Of a DNA stretch of 64,000 nt, positions 1 to 11,337 are shown piece after piece. The notes beneath the pieces were generated by a model. That model was not told the DNA's origin and searched no databases. It worked only from the letters and a program-made list of their open reading frames with translations. The position numbers and the translations under genes are program-made. The DNA is from an uncultured Planctomycetia bacterium (GTDB taxonomy: Bacteria > Planctomycetota > Planctomycetia > Pirellulales > PALSA-1355), in NCBI GenBank assembly GCA_963807715.1, contig CAWECK010000006.1:27538-91537 (forward strand), given 5' to 3'. Numbering within the stretch: the first letter of the stretch is position 1; each line of letters starts with the position of its first letter.

Positions 1-204
1 AGGAAGGCTGGCCGCACGATTTTCACCTCGGCCAGATCGCCAGCGCTTTCCAGGCCTCGTTCCAGGGCCTCGTCACCGGGCGAGACTACCAGCACCCGCG
101 TCCGTTGCGGCGGGCTCACCGCGGCCCAAGCGCGGTCGTCGATCGCCAGGCTTCCGCCCGGCCGCGCCACGAGCTCCAAGTTTCCTGCATGGATGTCGCT
201 CAGT

Positions 205-1107
205 TCAAAGGCCACGCCGGCCGAGCCGCTTGATTTGACCACGACGCGGCTGGCATCGACCAACGAGCCGTCGCGATACAGCTCGACCTCGGCCGTAACG
301 TCTTGCGGGCCGTAGTTTTCCAGGCGTCCGAACGCTTGCAGCTTCTCCGGCTTCCCTTCGGGACGCTTCGTGCTGAAGGCCGTGACGGCCAGATTCGCGC
401 AATCCGGCGTTCCAATCGGCACATAAACCGGCGTGAGCTGACCCAGGACGAAACCCGCTGACGTCCGGAAACTTGCCGTCGCTGAAGATGTACAGCGTGG
501 CCGGCATTCCTTCGGCGACACGCGTATCGCTGATCTCGAAGGCCGCGCGCCCCGGGTTCGCCAGGCCAGCCGCCAGCCGCAGGGCCTCGCCGAGGGCCGT
601 GCCCCGATTAGTTTGCTGGATGGCTTCCAACCGCCGGCGCAGTTCCCGGCGATTGTCGGTGAATAATTGTTCGACGCGGGCGGTATCGCAAAAGCTGATG
701 ATCATGGCCTGGTCGCCCGACTTCATCTGGTCGAGCAACTCGCCGACGCGGCGTTTGGCCTCGGCCAGCCGGCTGGGCTCCACATCCTTGGAAGCCATGC
801 TGGCCGAGTTGTCGACCAGGAAGATAAACCGCTCGCCGGTGAGCTGGCTCCCCTGCCAGCCCAGCCGCAGCACGGAGAGCATGACGAGTGCCACGGCGAG
901 CAATTGGAGCAGCAACAGCAGGTTTTTCCGCAGCCGCTGCCAGATGCTGTTGACGTGCAGGTCTTCGATGCTCTTGGACCAAAGGTACGTGCTGGGCACC
1001 TCCAGCGGCTCGCGCTTGAGTTTGAGAAAGTACAGCAGCACGATCGCCGGCGGCACCAGGGCCAACAGCGACCATTGCCACCAGGTGAGCATGTTGACCC
1101 AGGTCAT
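205..1107 (-). CDS. BatA-like von Willebrand factor A (vWA) domain membrane protein; 3' part of ORF is out of frame (apparent frameshift near 450), true C-terminus probably continues toward window start
   Basis: ORF 205..1107(-): N-terminal TM helices then vWA fold (FIFLVDNSASM ... TALGEALRLA ... LYIFSDG); last ~80 codons are Arg/Gly-rich wrong-frame translation; typical MoxR-DUF58-BatA neighbourhood with the DUF58 gene immediately upstream. Confidence 0.6.
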   Translation of the reverse strand: MTWVNMLTWWQWSLLALVPPAIVLLYFLKLKREPLEVPSTYLWSKSIEDLHVNSIWQRLRKNLLLLLQLLAVALVMLSVLRLGWQGSQLTGERFIFLVDNSASMASKDVEPSRLAEAKRRVGELLDQMKSGDQAMIISFCDTARVEQLFTDNRRELRRRLEAIQQTNRGTALGEALRLAAGLANPGRAAFEISDTRVAEGMPATLYIFSDGKFPDVSGFRPGSAHAGLCADWNAGLRESGRHGLQHEASRREAGEAASVRTPGKLRPARRYGRGRAVSRRLVGRCQPRRGQIKRLGRRGL

Positions 1108-1162
1108 GCGCGGCGGCTCCGCAAAGGGAAATCCGGAAGTTGACGCATCCGGCTCGGGAAAA

Positions 1163-2056
1163 TCATCGCACGAGCCCCCGTTTGCTCAGATATCCGGTCA
1201 CCATTTGATCGACCGGGGTCTCGGTGTTCGCCAGCAAGTAATTCATGCCGCGCCGCGAGCAGAACTCGCGGGCGCCGGCGACGAAAGCTTGCAGCGTCTG
1301 TTGATAACGATTGAGAAGCGGAGCACTGACTGTGATTTCGGCGACATCGGCATCCTCGCAATCGACCAGTTTGAGATCGCCCTTGACGTCGGGTTCGATC
1401 TCCGCGGCCGACAAGACTTGAATCACGTATGCGTCCATTTGCTGGGCCACCAGGTAGCGAAAAGCGGTTTCAAAGCCCTGCTTGTCCATCAGGTCGCTGA
1501 TCAGCACCAGGATCCCCTTGCCCGAATTGCGGATCACGAAGTTCTTGATCCCTTCGGCCAGCGAGATTTCTTCGCCCGGCTGGATGCCCTCCAAATAGCT
1601 CAGCATTCGCCACAAGCTGGCCCTGCCGCGCAGCACAGGCCCGGGCTGGCGCGAAGATTGGCCGAGGGTTTCGATCCGCACCCGGTCGGAGCGGACGAGC
1701 CCGATAAAACCCAGGGCGGCGGCCAGTTGCTTGGCATACAGCAGCTTGGTGGGCGAGCCGAAATCCATCGAGCGGCTGGCGTCCAGCAGGATGAAAAAAT
1801 GAAGATCTTCCTCTTCGAAGAACATTTTCAGAAACAGCCGATCCAGGCGGGCGTAGGTGTTCCAATCGATGAACCGCAGATCGTCGCCAGCCACGTAGTT
1901 GCGAAAATCTGCGAACTCGACGCTCTGTCCTTTGCGCTTGCTGCGCCGCTCGCCCTTCATGCGGCCCCGAAACACCTTGCGGCTGACCAGTTCCAACCGT
2001 TCCAACTGTACGAGCAATTCGGGCGAAAGCAAAGGAGCCGCGGGGACGCTGGACAT
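1163..2056 (-). CDS. DUF58 domain protein (MoxR-associated vWA-like)
   Basis: ORF 1163..2302(-); internal Met MSSVPAAPLLSPELL at 2056 chosen as start (upstream 82 codons are Arg-rich junk); DUF58 signature region RKGQSVEFADFRNYVAGDDLRFIDWN and FFILLDASRSM. Confidence 0.65.
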   Translation of the reverse strand: MSSVPAAPLLSPELLVQLERLELVSRKVFRGRMKGERRSKRKGQSVEFADFRNYVAGDDLRFIDWNTYARLDRLFLKMFFEEEDLHFFILLDASRSMDFGSPTKLLYAKQLAAALGFIGLVRSDRVRIETLGQSSRQPGPVLRGRASLWRMLSYLEGIQPGEEISLAEGIKNFVIRNSGKGILVLISDLMDKQGFETAFRYLVAQQMDAYVIQVLSAAEIEPDVKGDLKLVDCEDADVAEITVSAPLLNRYQQTLQAFVAGAREFCSRRGMNYLLANTETPVDQMVTGYLSKRGLVR

Positions 2057-2320
2057 GGGTTGGACCTGGAAGTGGCTGTAGGGTCGACTATGCCGGCCAT
2101 GCCCGGCCTTCAAACCCTTCTCTCTCCGGGAGAAGGTGGACCGGGCACCGACGCGCAGCGTTGGTCGGCGGCCGGATGCGGGTGCTTTGCCGGAGGCGTG
2201 GTTTCCGACGGCGCGTCTTGCAATCTTCAGATTATAGCGGGCTTCAAACCATGCCGCACGTTGATAACAGGCCACCCTGGTGCGCCGCTCGAAGCGAGTC
2301 AACGGGCGGATGACAGTCCG

Positions 2321-2412
2321 GTAGGTCAGGCACTCCGTGCCTGACAGTCGTGCTAGAATGCGTTATTCACAGGCATTTTCCGGCAGATCTTAGCGCGCCC
2401 CGTTTGGGCTTC
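2321..2412. repeat. REP/MITE-like repeat copy A (hairpin GTAGGTCAGGCACTCCGTGCCTGAC + ~65 bp tail ending GCGCGCCCCGTTTGGGCTTC), abutting IS630 insertion
   Basis: Same ~90-bp element found at 9709..9801, 13395..13489, inverted partial at 3689..3750 and as inverted pair at 44587..44652; read directly from sequence. Confidence 0.6.
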
Positions 2413-2428
2413 TAGTGCCCTGTCCAGA

Positions 2429-3118
2429 CTAAATTTTCGGGTAGAGCCGCTTCAATTTGACTCTCGCGTTGTCGATCGTGAATTGCCAATCGACGGCTCG
2501 TTGCTTCGCGTTGACGCGGGTTGACCAGGCGGCAATTTCGGATTGCAGCGTCGCGAGGTCGCCGATCCGTCGGTCCGACAGGCATTGGCTTGTCATGCAA
2601 CTCAGCTCGCATTCCGCGACGTTGAGCCAACTGCCGTGCTTGGGTGTGTAAACGAAATGGATCCGCCTCACGTAGTCACGGGCCTTCTCGGGCGGAAACG
2701 CTTCGTAGAACGCCCCTTTGGTGTGCGTGTTCAAGTTGTCGCAGACCAACGTGATTCCCTCGCCGCCCGCATAGCGGGTGTCCAGCAAATGGGCGACTTC
2801 ATGAGCCCAATCGTCCTTGGTGCGGCGCGGCCGAGCCGTCGCTTGGCGGAAGCCGGAGAGCGGTTCGGCGAACATGAAGATACTGGCAGTCCCCCTCCGT
2901 TCGTATTCGTAATCGACCCGCTCCGGATGCTCCTTGGTTGCCGGGATCGGCACACGCGTCTCGCCGATGAGTTGCACCGGTTGCTCGTCCATGCACACGA
3001 CGGGGCAGTTGGGATCGTAGGCTTTTTGGTACGTCTCCAACACCTCCTCCATGCTGGCGACGAACTCGCCGTCGGCGTCAGGAGGAATCACCCAGTACTC
3101 GATTTTCCGCTTGGTCAT
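2429..3118 (-). CDS. IS630-family transposase, DDE catalytic domain (orfB)
   Basis: 229-aa ORF; motifs VCMDEQP, LVCDNLNTH, YTPKHGSWLNVAECE characteristic of IS630 DDE transposases. Confidence 0.8.
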   Translation of the reverse strand: MTKRKIEYWVIPPDADGEFVASMEEVLETYQKAYDPNCPVVCMDEQPVQLIGETRVPIPATKEHPERVDYEYERRGTASIFMFAEPLSGFRQATARPRRTKDDWAHEVAHLLDTRYAGGEGITLVCDNLNTHTKGAFYEAFPPEKARDYVRRIHFVYTPKHGSWLNVAECELSCMTSQCLSDRRIGDLATLQSEIAAWSTRVNAKQRAVDWQFTIDNARVKLKRLYPKI

Positions 3119-3558
3119 GCCGTTTTTTTAAGCGTCTGACGGACCGTCTCGGGGCTGATCGATTCCACGATCTCCAGCTCCACCATTTGATCCGCCAGCA
3201 GCCGCAAAGTCCAATGACCGAAGCCGGCGGGCGGCTTGCCCAACCGCAGGGCGATCAACTTCGCCTCGGCCGCGCCGTCAAGCAACTTCGGCGTCGGCGA
3301 CGTCGCTCGCTTCTTGCGAAACAGCGCCCCCTCGAAGCCTTCGAGGACAATTGCTTGCCGTACGTTCTCGACCGTCCGCGTTCTGCAACCGACCGCCTCG
3401 CTGATCCTGGCGTCATCCCAAGCCGGCCCGTCGGCGTCGGCCTTGAGCAAGATGGTAGCCCGGCGCAGTTTCTCCGACTTGCCCGTTTCCTTCTTGATGG
3501 TCGCCTCGCAAATCGCCCGTTCTTCGTCCGTGAGCCGCACGATATACTTTTTGTTCAT
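3115..3558 (-). CDS. IS630-family transposase N-terminal HTH domain (orfA); joined to orfB by programmed -1 frameshift
   Basis: Start MNKKYIVRLTDEER at 3558 preceded by GGAGGTTCCA SD; helix-turn-helix region; overlaps orfB by 4 nt at an A7 slippery run. Confidence 0.7.
   Translation of the reverse strand: MNKKYIVRLTDEERAICEATIKKETGKSEKLRRATILLKADADGPAWDDARISEAVGCRTRTVENVRQAIVLEGFEGALFRKKRATSPTPKLLDGAAEAKLIALRLGKPPAGFGHWTLRLLADQMVELEIVESISPETVRQTLKKTA
3123..3129 (-). other. A7 slippery heptamer at orfA/orfB overlap = putative programmed -1 ribosomal frameshift site of the IS630 transposase
   Basis: TTTTTTT on + strand (AAAAAAA on coding strand) exactly at the 4-nt overlap of the two transposase ORFs. 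Confidence 0.5.
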
Positions 3559-3688
3559 TGGAACCTCCGTGTTGACGCGGAGATTCTCCAAAATCGACGG
3601 TTCTGGCAACCCGAATATTTAGCCTGGACGGGGCACTAGATTGTGGGGGGACGTTGACCCAGGGTTGCGCTCCACCCTGGGCTATCAT

Positions 3689-3750
3689 GGCGCGCCCGCG
3701 TTGGGGCTTTAAATCACATTTATGTCAGGCACGGGAGTGCCGTGACCTAC
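3689..3750. repeat. REP/MITE-like repeat fragment in inverted orientation (GGCGCGCCCGCGTTGGGGCTTT ... TGTCAGGCACGGGAGTGCCGTGACCTAC) on the right side of the IS630 element
   Basis: Reverse complement of the hairpin seen at 2321..2345; together with copy A brackets the IS like the inverted pair at 44587..44652. Confidence 0.5.
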
Positions 3751-3864
3751 TCCATGGCCGGCACAGTCGACCCTACGGGAAGTCGCGGCCGTATTGTTCC
3801 CGTAGTAGATGGATCGTAGAGTACAAAGAGTCCTCGTTTGATTCAGCTTCGATGAGCCCCCGCT

Positions 3865-5834
3865 ATGAATTCACACCTCCGGCCGCGAATGCGGATGTTT
3901 CTGCTTTCGCTGCTATGCGCCGTCGGGTCGGTGTGGGACTCTGCGTCCGCCGCTGCCGGGTTTATGCAACCCGATGCCCAAGCCTATCCCAACCTATACC
4001 TGTGGACAGACACCTGCAACGTTTGGGTCCTCCGCGAGGGCGATGCGGCACTGCTCATTGATCTGGGCAGCGGCGACGTACTGGATCACCTGGCCGAGAT
4101 TGGCGTGAAGCGAGTCGAATGGGTGTTGTTCACCCATCATCATCGCGAGCAATGTCAAGGCGCGCTGCGCCTGGCGGGGAGTGGGGCGCAATGCGCCGCC
4201 CCCTTGGCGGAGCGAGCCCTGTTCGAAAAGCCGACCGATTTCCGCAAGATGCAGGTGCGGTTGCAAGATCCGTATACGATCCACGGCGCCAGTTATGTGC
4301 GTCCGCCAATCCAGCCGATCCGGATCGATCGGGCTTTCGAGAAAATGGACACGTTCACCTGGCAAGGTCACGAATTCTGGTGCGTCGACACGCGAGGCAA
4401 CAGTCCCGGCGCCATGTCGTACCTGTTGCGAACCCAACCAGGTTGGTTAGCCTTCAGCGGCGATCTTATGCTCGACGGTGCGCGGTTGCATACCTGGTTC
4501 GATTCAGAATGGGACTACGGCTTCGCGGCCGGCGTGTGGGCCCTGGCCAACTCGGCCGGCCAGGTTGCGGGTTACGATCCGATCTGGCTCTTGCCGTCGC
4601 ACGGCCCGGCGATTCGCCGGCCGGGCAAGCAACTCACCGAGTTCCAGGAGAAACTCCACCATTTCGAACGGCTGCTGGTGCGCGGCTATCCGGTGTTGAC
4701 GTTCTCGGGAAGTCATCAAGATCGGCTCTCGCGTCCGACGCAGGTGCCGCACGTCTGGCAAGTCTCGCCGCACATCTTCAAGTTTCGCGGACCCGATTAC
4801 TATCCGAACTTTTATCTCATCATCGCCGACAGCGGTCGGGCGCTGGCGATCGATTGCGGGTTGATCAAGGAAGAATCGCTCGACCGCGCCATCGTCGGCC
4901 TACGCGAACATTTCGGACTCAAACGCATCGACGCCGTGATTCCCACGCATATGCACGGCGATCACTTTCTACAGGCTCCACACCTGCGCGAGCGGTGGGG
5001 AGCGGAGATTTGGGCCCTCGACCGCATGGCCGACGTGTGGCGCATCCCGAGTGGTTCGACTACGCCGCTCCGATCCAAGCCTACGGACGGGGCATCGACG
5101 GAGTACGTTTCGACCGACTGTTCAAGGACGGCGAGAAGCTGAATTGGGAGGGCTACGAGTTGACCGTCGACTGGATGCCCGGCCAAACCGAGTTCGCGCT
5201 ATGCGTACAAGGCGTCATCGACGGAAAGCGAGTCGCCTTTACCGGGGACAATCTTTTCGGCGACCCGAGCGACCCGGCCCAGACGGGTCACGAAGCGGTC
5301 GTGGCCCATAACAGCGCCGTTCTCGAAGAGGGTTACATCCTAGGCTCAGAATACCTCGCGCGGATCAAGCCCGATCTGCTGTTGGGCGGCCACTCCTACG
5401 TAATGCCCGAACCGGCCGCGTTCATCGAGCGTTATCGCCGCTGGTCTTACGCCATGCGCGATGCGTTGCGAGATTTGATCCGCGAGGAAGACTATCGATA
5501 TGGTTTCGATCCGTTCTGGGTACGAGCGCAGCCGTACCGTTCGACGGTCCGCGCCGGGGAGACGGTCGAATTGACGCTGCACCTGCGCAACTTTCTGAAC
5601 CGTGAACAAACGGATCGCATCGAGGTTCACGTGCCGCCGGGCCTTACGGTCGAACCCTGCGCGTACGAAGTCCGACTCGCGGCCGAGGCCCGTGGCGAGT
5701 ATCGCCTGCGCGTTCATGCCGCCCCCGACGCCCGAGCGGGCGTGCAACTCATTGCCTTCGACGTTACTCGAGACGGTCTGCGCTGCGGTGAACTATTCGA
5801 CGCCGTCGTAGAAATCGAGAAAACCGACCCCTGA
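3865..5834 (+). CDS. Secreted double MBL-fold metallo-hydrolase (two metallo-beta-lactamase domains); single apparent frameshift near 5045
   Basis: Signal peptide MFLLSLLCAVGSVWDSASA; THHHREQCQG and THMHGDHF HxHxDH motifs; N-part in ORF 3865..5142, C-part (HPEWFDYAAPIQAYGRG...EIEKTDP) in the frame of ORF 4119..5834. Confidence 0.6.
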
Positions 5835-5903
5835 TGAAATCGTGCAGACAAGCCTGGCAGGTCCGGCACCCCCAGCCTACGTTTCCGCTGGGATACCGAT
5901 GGT

Positions 5904-8548
5904 CTAGATGACCACGACCGTTTTTGTTACCGCCGCGCTGGGGTTGCCGAAACCATCGGTGAACTGGATTGTGATGGTTCGGTGGGCGAGGGTGGCCTTG
6001 GGATTCAAGTTGGTGAAGGTAATGTTCTGGACAACAGCCAGGGCCGCGGCCTGGGTGGCGTTGGCATTGAATGTGATGGCCAGCGGCGATGCGCCGCCCC
6101 CCGTGAAGCTGCCGATCGCGACGCCTTTGTAGATCAGCGACGCGCCGGAAACGACCAGCGAGCCGGATGAGCGGATTCCCAATCGATCGTTCGGGTAAGT
6201 GATCTGGCTCTTATCGACTACCGAGAGGGATGCATTGGCAAACGCGCCGTCCCCGGTGGATAGCGTGGCGGCCGGCACGACGGCAATCGCTCCCTTTCCT
6301 CGCGTGTAGTTCGCGGCCGAGCCGCTGAATGCCAGCACCGGCGTCGTCGTCACCGTGACCGTCTGCGTTGCTGCCGCGCCGAGGTTGCCCTGGCCATCGG
6401 TTAACTGGAACGTGATGGTTCGGTTGGCGAGGGCACCCTTAGGATTCAGATTGGTGAAAGTAACGTTCTGGACGACAGCCAGGATCGCGGCCTGTGTGGC
6501 GATGGCATTGAATGTGATGGCCAGCGGCGATGGGCCGCCCCCCGTGAAGCTGCCGATCGTGACGCCCATGTAAATCAGCGACGCGCCGGAAACGACCAGC
6601 GAGCCGGATGAGCGGATTCCCAATCGATCGTTCGGGTAGGTGATGTGGCTCCTATCGACTACCGAGAGGGATGCATTGGCAAACGCGCCGTCCCCGGTGG
6701 ATAGCGTGGCGGCCGGCACGACGGCAATCGCTCCCTTTCCTCGAATGTAAATTGCGGCCGAGCCGCCGATGGCCAGCACCGGCGGCGGCGTGACGGCGGA
6801 AATCGCGAATGTGGTGCTGGCACTCGCGCTGGTATAGTCGGTGCTGCCGGCAAAGCTGGCCAACACCGTGTACGTACCCACCGTCGATGGAGCGCCACTC
6901 AAGGCCATTCCCGTGGCGCTTGAGCCGGAGTAATAGGTCAGCGTCGGTCTCACTCCTTCCAGGCTGGCCGAAGCCGTGGACTGGCTGCTCACTCCCGCCA
7001 CGGTATCGGTTGCGACGAAGGCCGAGTTGTTGTGTCCCCCGCTACTATCGGTCACGCTGACCGACGGCGTGGCCTTGCTGATCGTGAACGTGGTGCTCGC
7101 CGTGCCGCTGGTGTAGTCGGTGCTGCCGGCGAAGCTGGCGAACACGGAGTACGTCCCGCTCGTCTTCGGGGCACCGCTCAATGCCGTGCCGCTGGTGCTT
7201 GTGCCAGAGAAGTAGGTCAGCGATGGCGTGACGCCTTCCACGCTGGCCGCTCCGCCCACCTTGGCAGTAGCGACGAACGCCGCGGCGTTGTAGACGCCTG
7301 CCGCGTCGGTTACCGTCACCGACGGCGCCGCGGCCTTGCTGATTGTGAACGTGGTGCTGCCGCTGCCGCTGGTGTAGTCGGTGCTGCCGGCAAAACTGGC
7401 CAGCACCGTGAAGGTGCCCGCGGTCGTCGGAGCGCCGCTCAAGGCGGTGCCCGTAGCGTGCGTGCCTGAGTAGTAAATTAGGCTCAGGGTGACCCCTTCC
7501 AGGCTGATCGCAGCCACCTCGTTCACGCCAGCTACCGTATCGCTGGCCGTGAATGTCGCGCCGTTATACGTTCCGCCATTGTCGGTCGCGGTTACGCTGG
7601 GCGTGGCCCGGCTAACCGTGAACGTGGTGCTCGCCGTGCCACTGGTGTAGTCGGTGCTGCCGGCGAAGCTGGCCAGCACCGTGTAGGTGCCCGCCGTCGT
7701 CGGAGCGCCGCTTAACGCTGTGCCGCTGGCGTTTGTGCCCGAGTAGTAGGAGAGCGTCGGCGTCACCGCCTCCAGGCTGACGGTCGTCGCCGTGAAGGCC
7801 GCGTTCTTGTATGTCCCGCTGGCGTCGGTCACGGTGATGCTGGGGGCGGCTTTACTGATCGTGAACCTGATGCTCGCCGTGCCATTGGTGTAGTCGGTGC
7901 TGCCGGCGAAGCTGGCCAGCACCGTGTAGGTGCCCACCGTCGTCGGAGCGCCGCTTAACGCTGTGCCCGTGGCGCTGTGCCTGAATAGTAGGTCAAGCTT
8001 GGGGTAACCCCTTCCAGGCTGGCGGTTGTCGCCGTGAAGGCCGCGTTCTTGTATGTCCCGCTGGCGTCGGTCACGGTGATGCTGGGGGCGGCTTTGCTGA
8101 TCGTGAAGGTCACCGGGTTGCTTAGAGCGGAGGTAAAGTCCGTGCTGCCGGCGAACGACGCCACGACCGTGTAGGTGCCGACGATGCTCGGGGCGCTTGA
8201 CGTGCTGGAGCCACCTACCGTCGTGCCGGTATGGTAGGCGAAGGTCGGCGAGACGTTTTCCAAGCTGGCCGTGCCGTTGACGGTTGCCGTGGCGGCAAAA
8301 GGCAAGCCGCTGTAGGTGCCGCCGCTGTCCGTCACCACGACGGTCGGCACCGAGGTAACGTCGGGGCCGATTTCGGGCTGAACCAACGCGATCGTATCCG
8401 ACTCGCCGTTCTTGGTATCGGTGTCCGCCGTGACGAAGAGCGCAGTCAGCAGTGACCGACCCTCCAACGCTTCAAATCCGAAGCGGCGAAATTGCTTGCG
8501 AGCCGTGCGAGATTTCTTGGCTCCTGAGCGGCGATTCTTCGACGACAT
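5904..8548 (-). CDS. Large secreted Ig-like (Big-type) repeat protein with planctomycete N-terminal motif; one apparent frameshift near 7945
   Basis: N-terminus MSSKNRRSGAKKSR...FRRFGFEALEGRSLLTA (ORF 7955..8548) followed by >8 copies of GTYTVLASFAGSTDYTSGTASTTFTISKA repeat (ORF 5904..7937); a 1-nt indel in ...YYSGTAPRAQR* vs expected ...YYSGTSATGTALSGAP joins the two ORFs. Confidence 0.6.
5905..6805. repeat. ~450-bp near-identical tandem duplication inside the Ig-like repeat gene
   Basis: 5908..6132 and 6355..6573 translate to almost identical peptides on the opposite strand; 6121..6300 and 6571..6750 are near-identical at the DNA level. Confidence 0.5.
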
Positions 8549-8848
8549 TAGTCGACTCCGGGATATTCCATCGGGATGTCACGTGGACGTTTCGAGCGGC
8601 AGCCCACGTACTGCCCGCCAATCACCCGAAACTCTAAGGATGCCGGAATGGAACTCCAGGCATATGCCGAACGGCATAGCACGGATTGGTGAGATGATTC
8701 TAAGTTGCCAAAATGCGGGAATCAATCCCCCCGACAACCAGATATGGATGCGAGCCAAAGAAGCGGCCTTGTGCGGAACCGATCGTAACGATGCCGGCGT
8801 CAAGCTGACGCTTGCACAACGCAGTCCAAGAGACGAAGATTTCAGCGT

Positions 8849-9685
8849 TTGCAACTGCTCAGCCTGCGTAAAACCTCTTCTTCCCACAAACGCGTTGCCG
8901 GAGACTTTTCGCCCATGACACCCGATTCGACGATGCCCTCAGCGTCCACGGCGGCAAGCGTTGCAGCACAGCCCAAGCCCTTGGAAAACGTACTCGTTTA
9001 TAGCAACGCCGCCTGGTATCGACACACCACGACATCGGCGACCAATCACTGGTTCCTACACTTCGCGCTCGACAACGGCATCAATATCGATGAGACCGCC
9101 GATCCTGAAAAGCTCGAACTCGATGACCTGATGCGCTATCAGGTGCTGGTGCTCAACAGCACGACCAACTTTGGCCAAGGCCTGAGCGAGAAGCAAAAAA
9201 GCGAGTTGATCGAATGGTTCCGGCAAGGGCATGGCATTGTTGCCATGCACGCGGCGGCGGTGCATCACAGCGCTTGGGATTGGTATGCCCAACTCGTCGG
9301 TTGCGATTTCGCGGCCGACTCGGATCGGACGCGTGCCCGGCTCGTGATCGATCCGGCGGCAACCAAGCATCCGGCGGTCGGTCCGTTCGCTCCCGAAATC
9401 TGGATTACCGAGGAGTGGCTCTGCTTCGATCGCCCAGTAACCGGCCAGGCCAACGTGCAGGTGCTGATGCGACTCGACGAATCGACCTTCGATCCAGTGC
9501 GCGAAAAGTTCAAAGAGATGCATGTCTCGCCGATGGGAGCCGACCATCCGGCCGCCTGGACGCGCGAGGTCGAAGGCGGCCGCTTCTTCTACACCGCGAT
9601 TGGCCACGACGTGCGCGTGCTCAATTCGGAATTCGGCCGAAAGCACGTGCTCGAAGCGCTGCGTTGGGCCGCCGGCGCGACGTAG
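8849..9685 (+). CDS. ThuA-like (type-1 glutamine-amidotransferase-like) domain protein
   Basis: 278-aa ORF (TTG start at 8849; alternative ATG MTPDSTMPSAS at 8915); ThuA-family conserved blocks VLVYSNAAWYRH, VLVLNSTTNF, HGIVAMHAAAVH, FFYTAIGHD. Confidence 0.6.
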   Translation: MQLLSLRKTSSSHKRVAGDFSPMTPDSTMPSASTAASVAAQPKPLENVLVYSNAAWYRHTTTSATNHWFLHFALDNGINIDETADPEKLELDDLMRYQVLVLNSTTNFGQGLSEKQKSELIEWFRQGHGIVAMHAAAVHHSAWDWYAQLVGCDFAADSDRTRARLVIDPAATKHPAVGPFAPEIWITEEWLCFDRPVTGQANVQVLMRLDESTFDPVREKFKEMHVSPMGADHPAAWTREVEGGRFFYTAIGHDVRVLNSEFGRKHVLEALRWAAGAT

Positions 9686-9708
9686 TGTCTGACGGCGTTA
9701 TCAGCCTG

Positions 9709-9801
9709 GTAGGTCAAGCACTCCGTGCCTGACTGTAGCGCGCGAGTGCGTCATTTCACAGGCATTGTCCGGCATATCTTAGCGTGCCCCGTTGGGGCTT
9801 T
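9709..9801. repeat. REP/MITE-like repeat copy B
   Basis: GTAGGTCAAGCACTCCGTGCCTGAC hairpin + TTTCACAGGCATTGTCCGGCATATCTTAGCGTGCCCCGTTGGGGCTTT tail, 24 bp after ThuA stop. Confidence 0.6.
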
Positions 9802-9919
9802 GTGTTGCGCGGCGCCGTGCGACCCTCCGCGAGCCAGCGCGAAGCCGGGAAACTTGATCGTTTCGTTCTGCGTGCGGGGCATTGACTCCGCGAACGGCAA
9901 AAACGATCTATCTTGATAA

Positions 9920-10996
<1,077 letters not shown>

Positions 10997-11337
10997 CCGA
11001 CTCGTTTCGCGAATCGACGTAGAGTCTGCAGCCTCTAAAGTGATTTGTCTATTCCGGGTCGTCATGAACAGTCCGCGTCTCGACGGCCAAACAAGCGCCG
11101 AGGCGCGGGCTGTTTTCATTGATGAACCTTGGGCAGCGCGAGCATTGCCTGGCCCTGATGGATGGGAGGGGCTTGGCTCGGGAGCGTGTCCGTTTGTGCC
11201 AGCCTCGAACGCCTCGCCGACCGGTGGAGCGATGATGCGTCCCGGCTGACGCTCGACGGTGCCTTGGCGAGCGGCCACAATGGGCTCGCTTGCGCTCGGA
11301 ATCGTCGCGCACGGAATATCGGAATAAAGGAGTCAAC

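Larger units (their letters stand above)
2413..3638 (-). mobile_element. IS630-family insertion sequence (~1.2 kb) with TA target-site duplication and ~20-bp imperfect terminal inverted repeats
   Basis: TA(2413-14)/TA(3637-38) flank TIRs GTGCCCTGTCCAGACTAAAT (2415..2434) and ATTTAGCCTGGACGGGGCAC (3617..3636, reverse complement matches with 2 mismatches); encodes HTH orfA and DDE orfB typical of IS630/Tc1-mariner. Confidence 0.75.

Noticed and set aside
473-2344. 623-aa plus-strand ORF
   Set aside because: Antisense to the well-supported vWA and DUF58 genes; Arg/Ala/Gly-rich composition typical of spurious high-GC reverse-strand ORFs; no domain-like motifs.
4119-4900. N-terminal 260 aa of ORF 4119..5834 (+)
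   Set aside because: Arg/Pro-rich out-of-frame overlap of the MBL gene; only the part after ~5045 (HPEWFDYAAP...) is real and is the frameshifted continuation of ORF 3865..5142.
5908-6573. Two near-identical 74/72-aa plus-strand ORFs (5908..6132, 6355..6573)
   Set aside because: Antisense reading of the tandem repeats inside the Ig-like gene; they merely reflect the 450-bp duplication.
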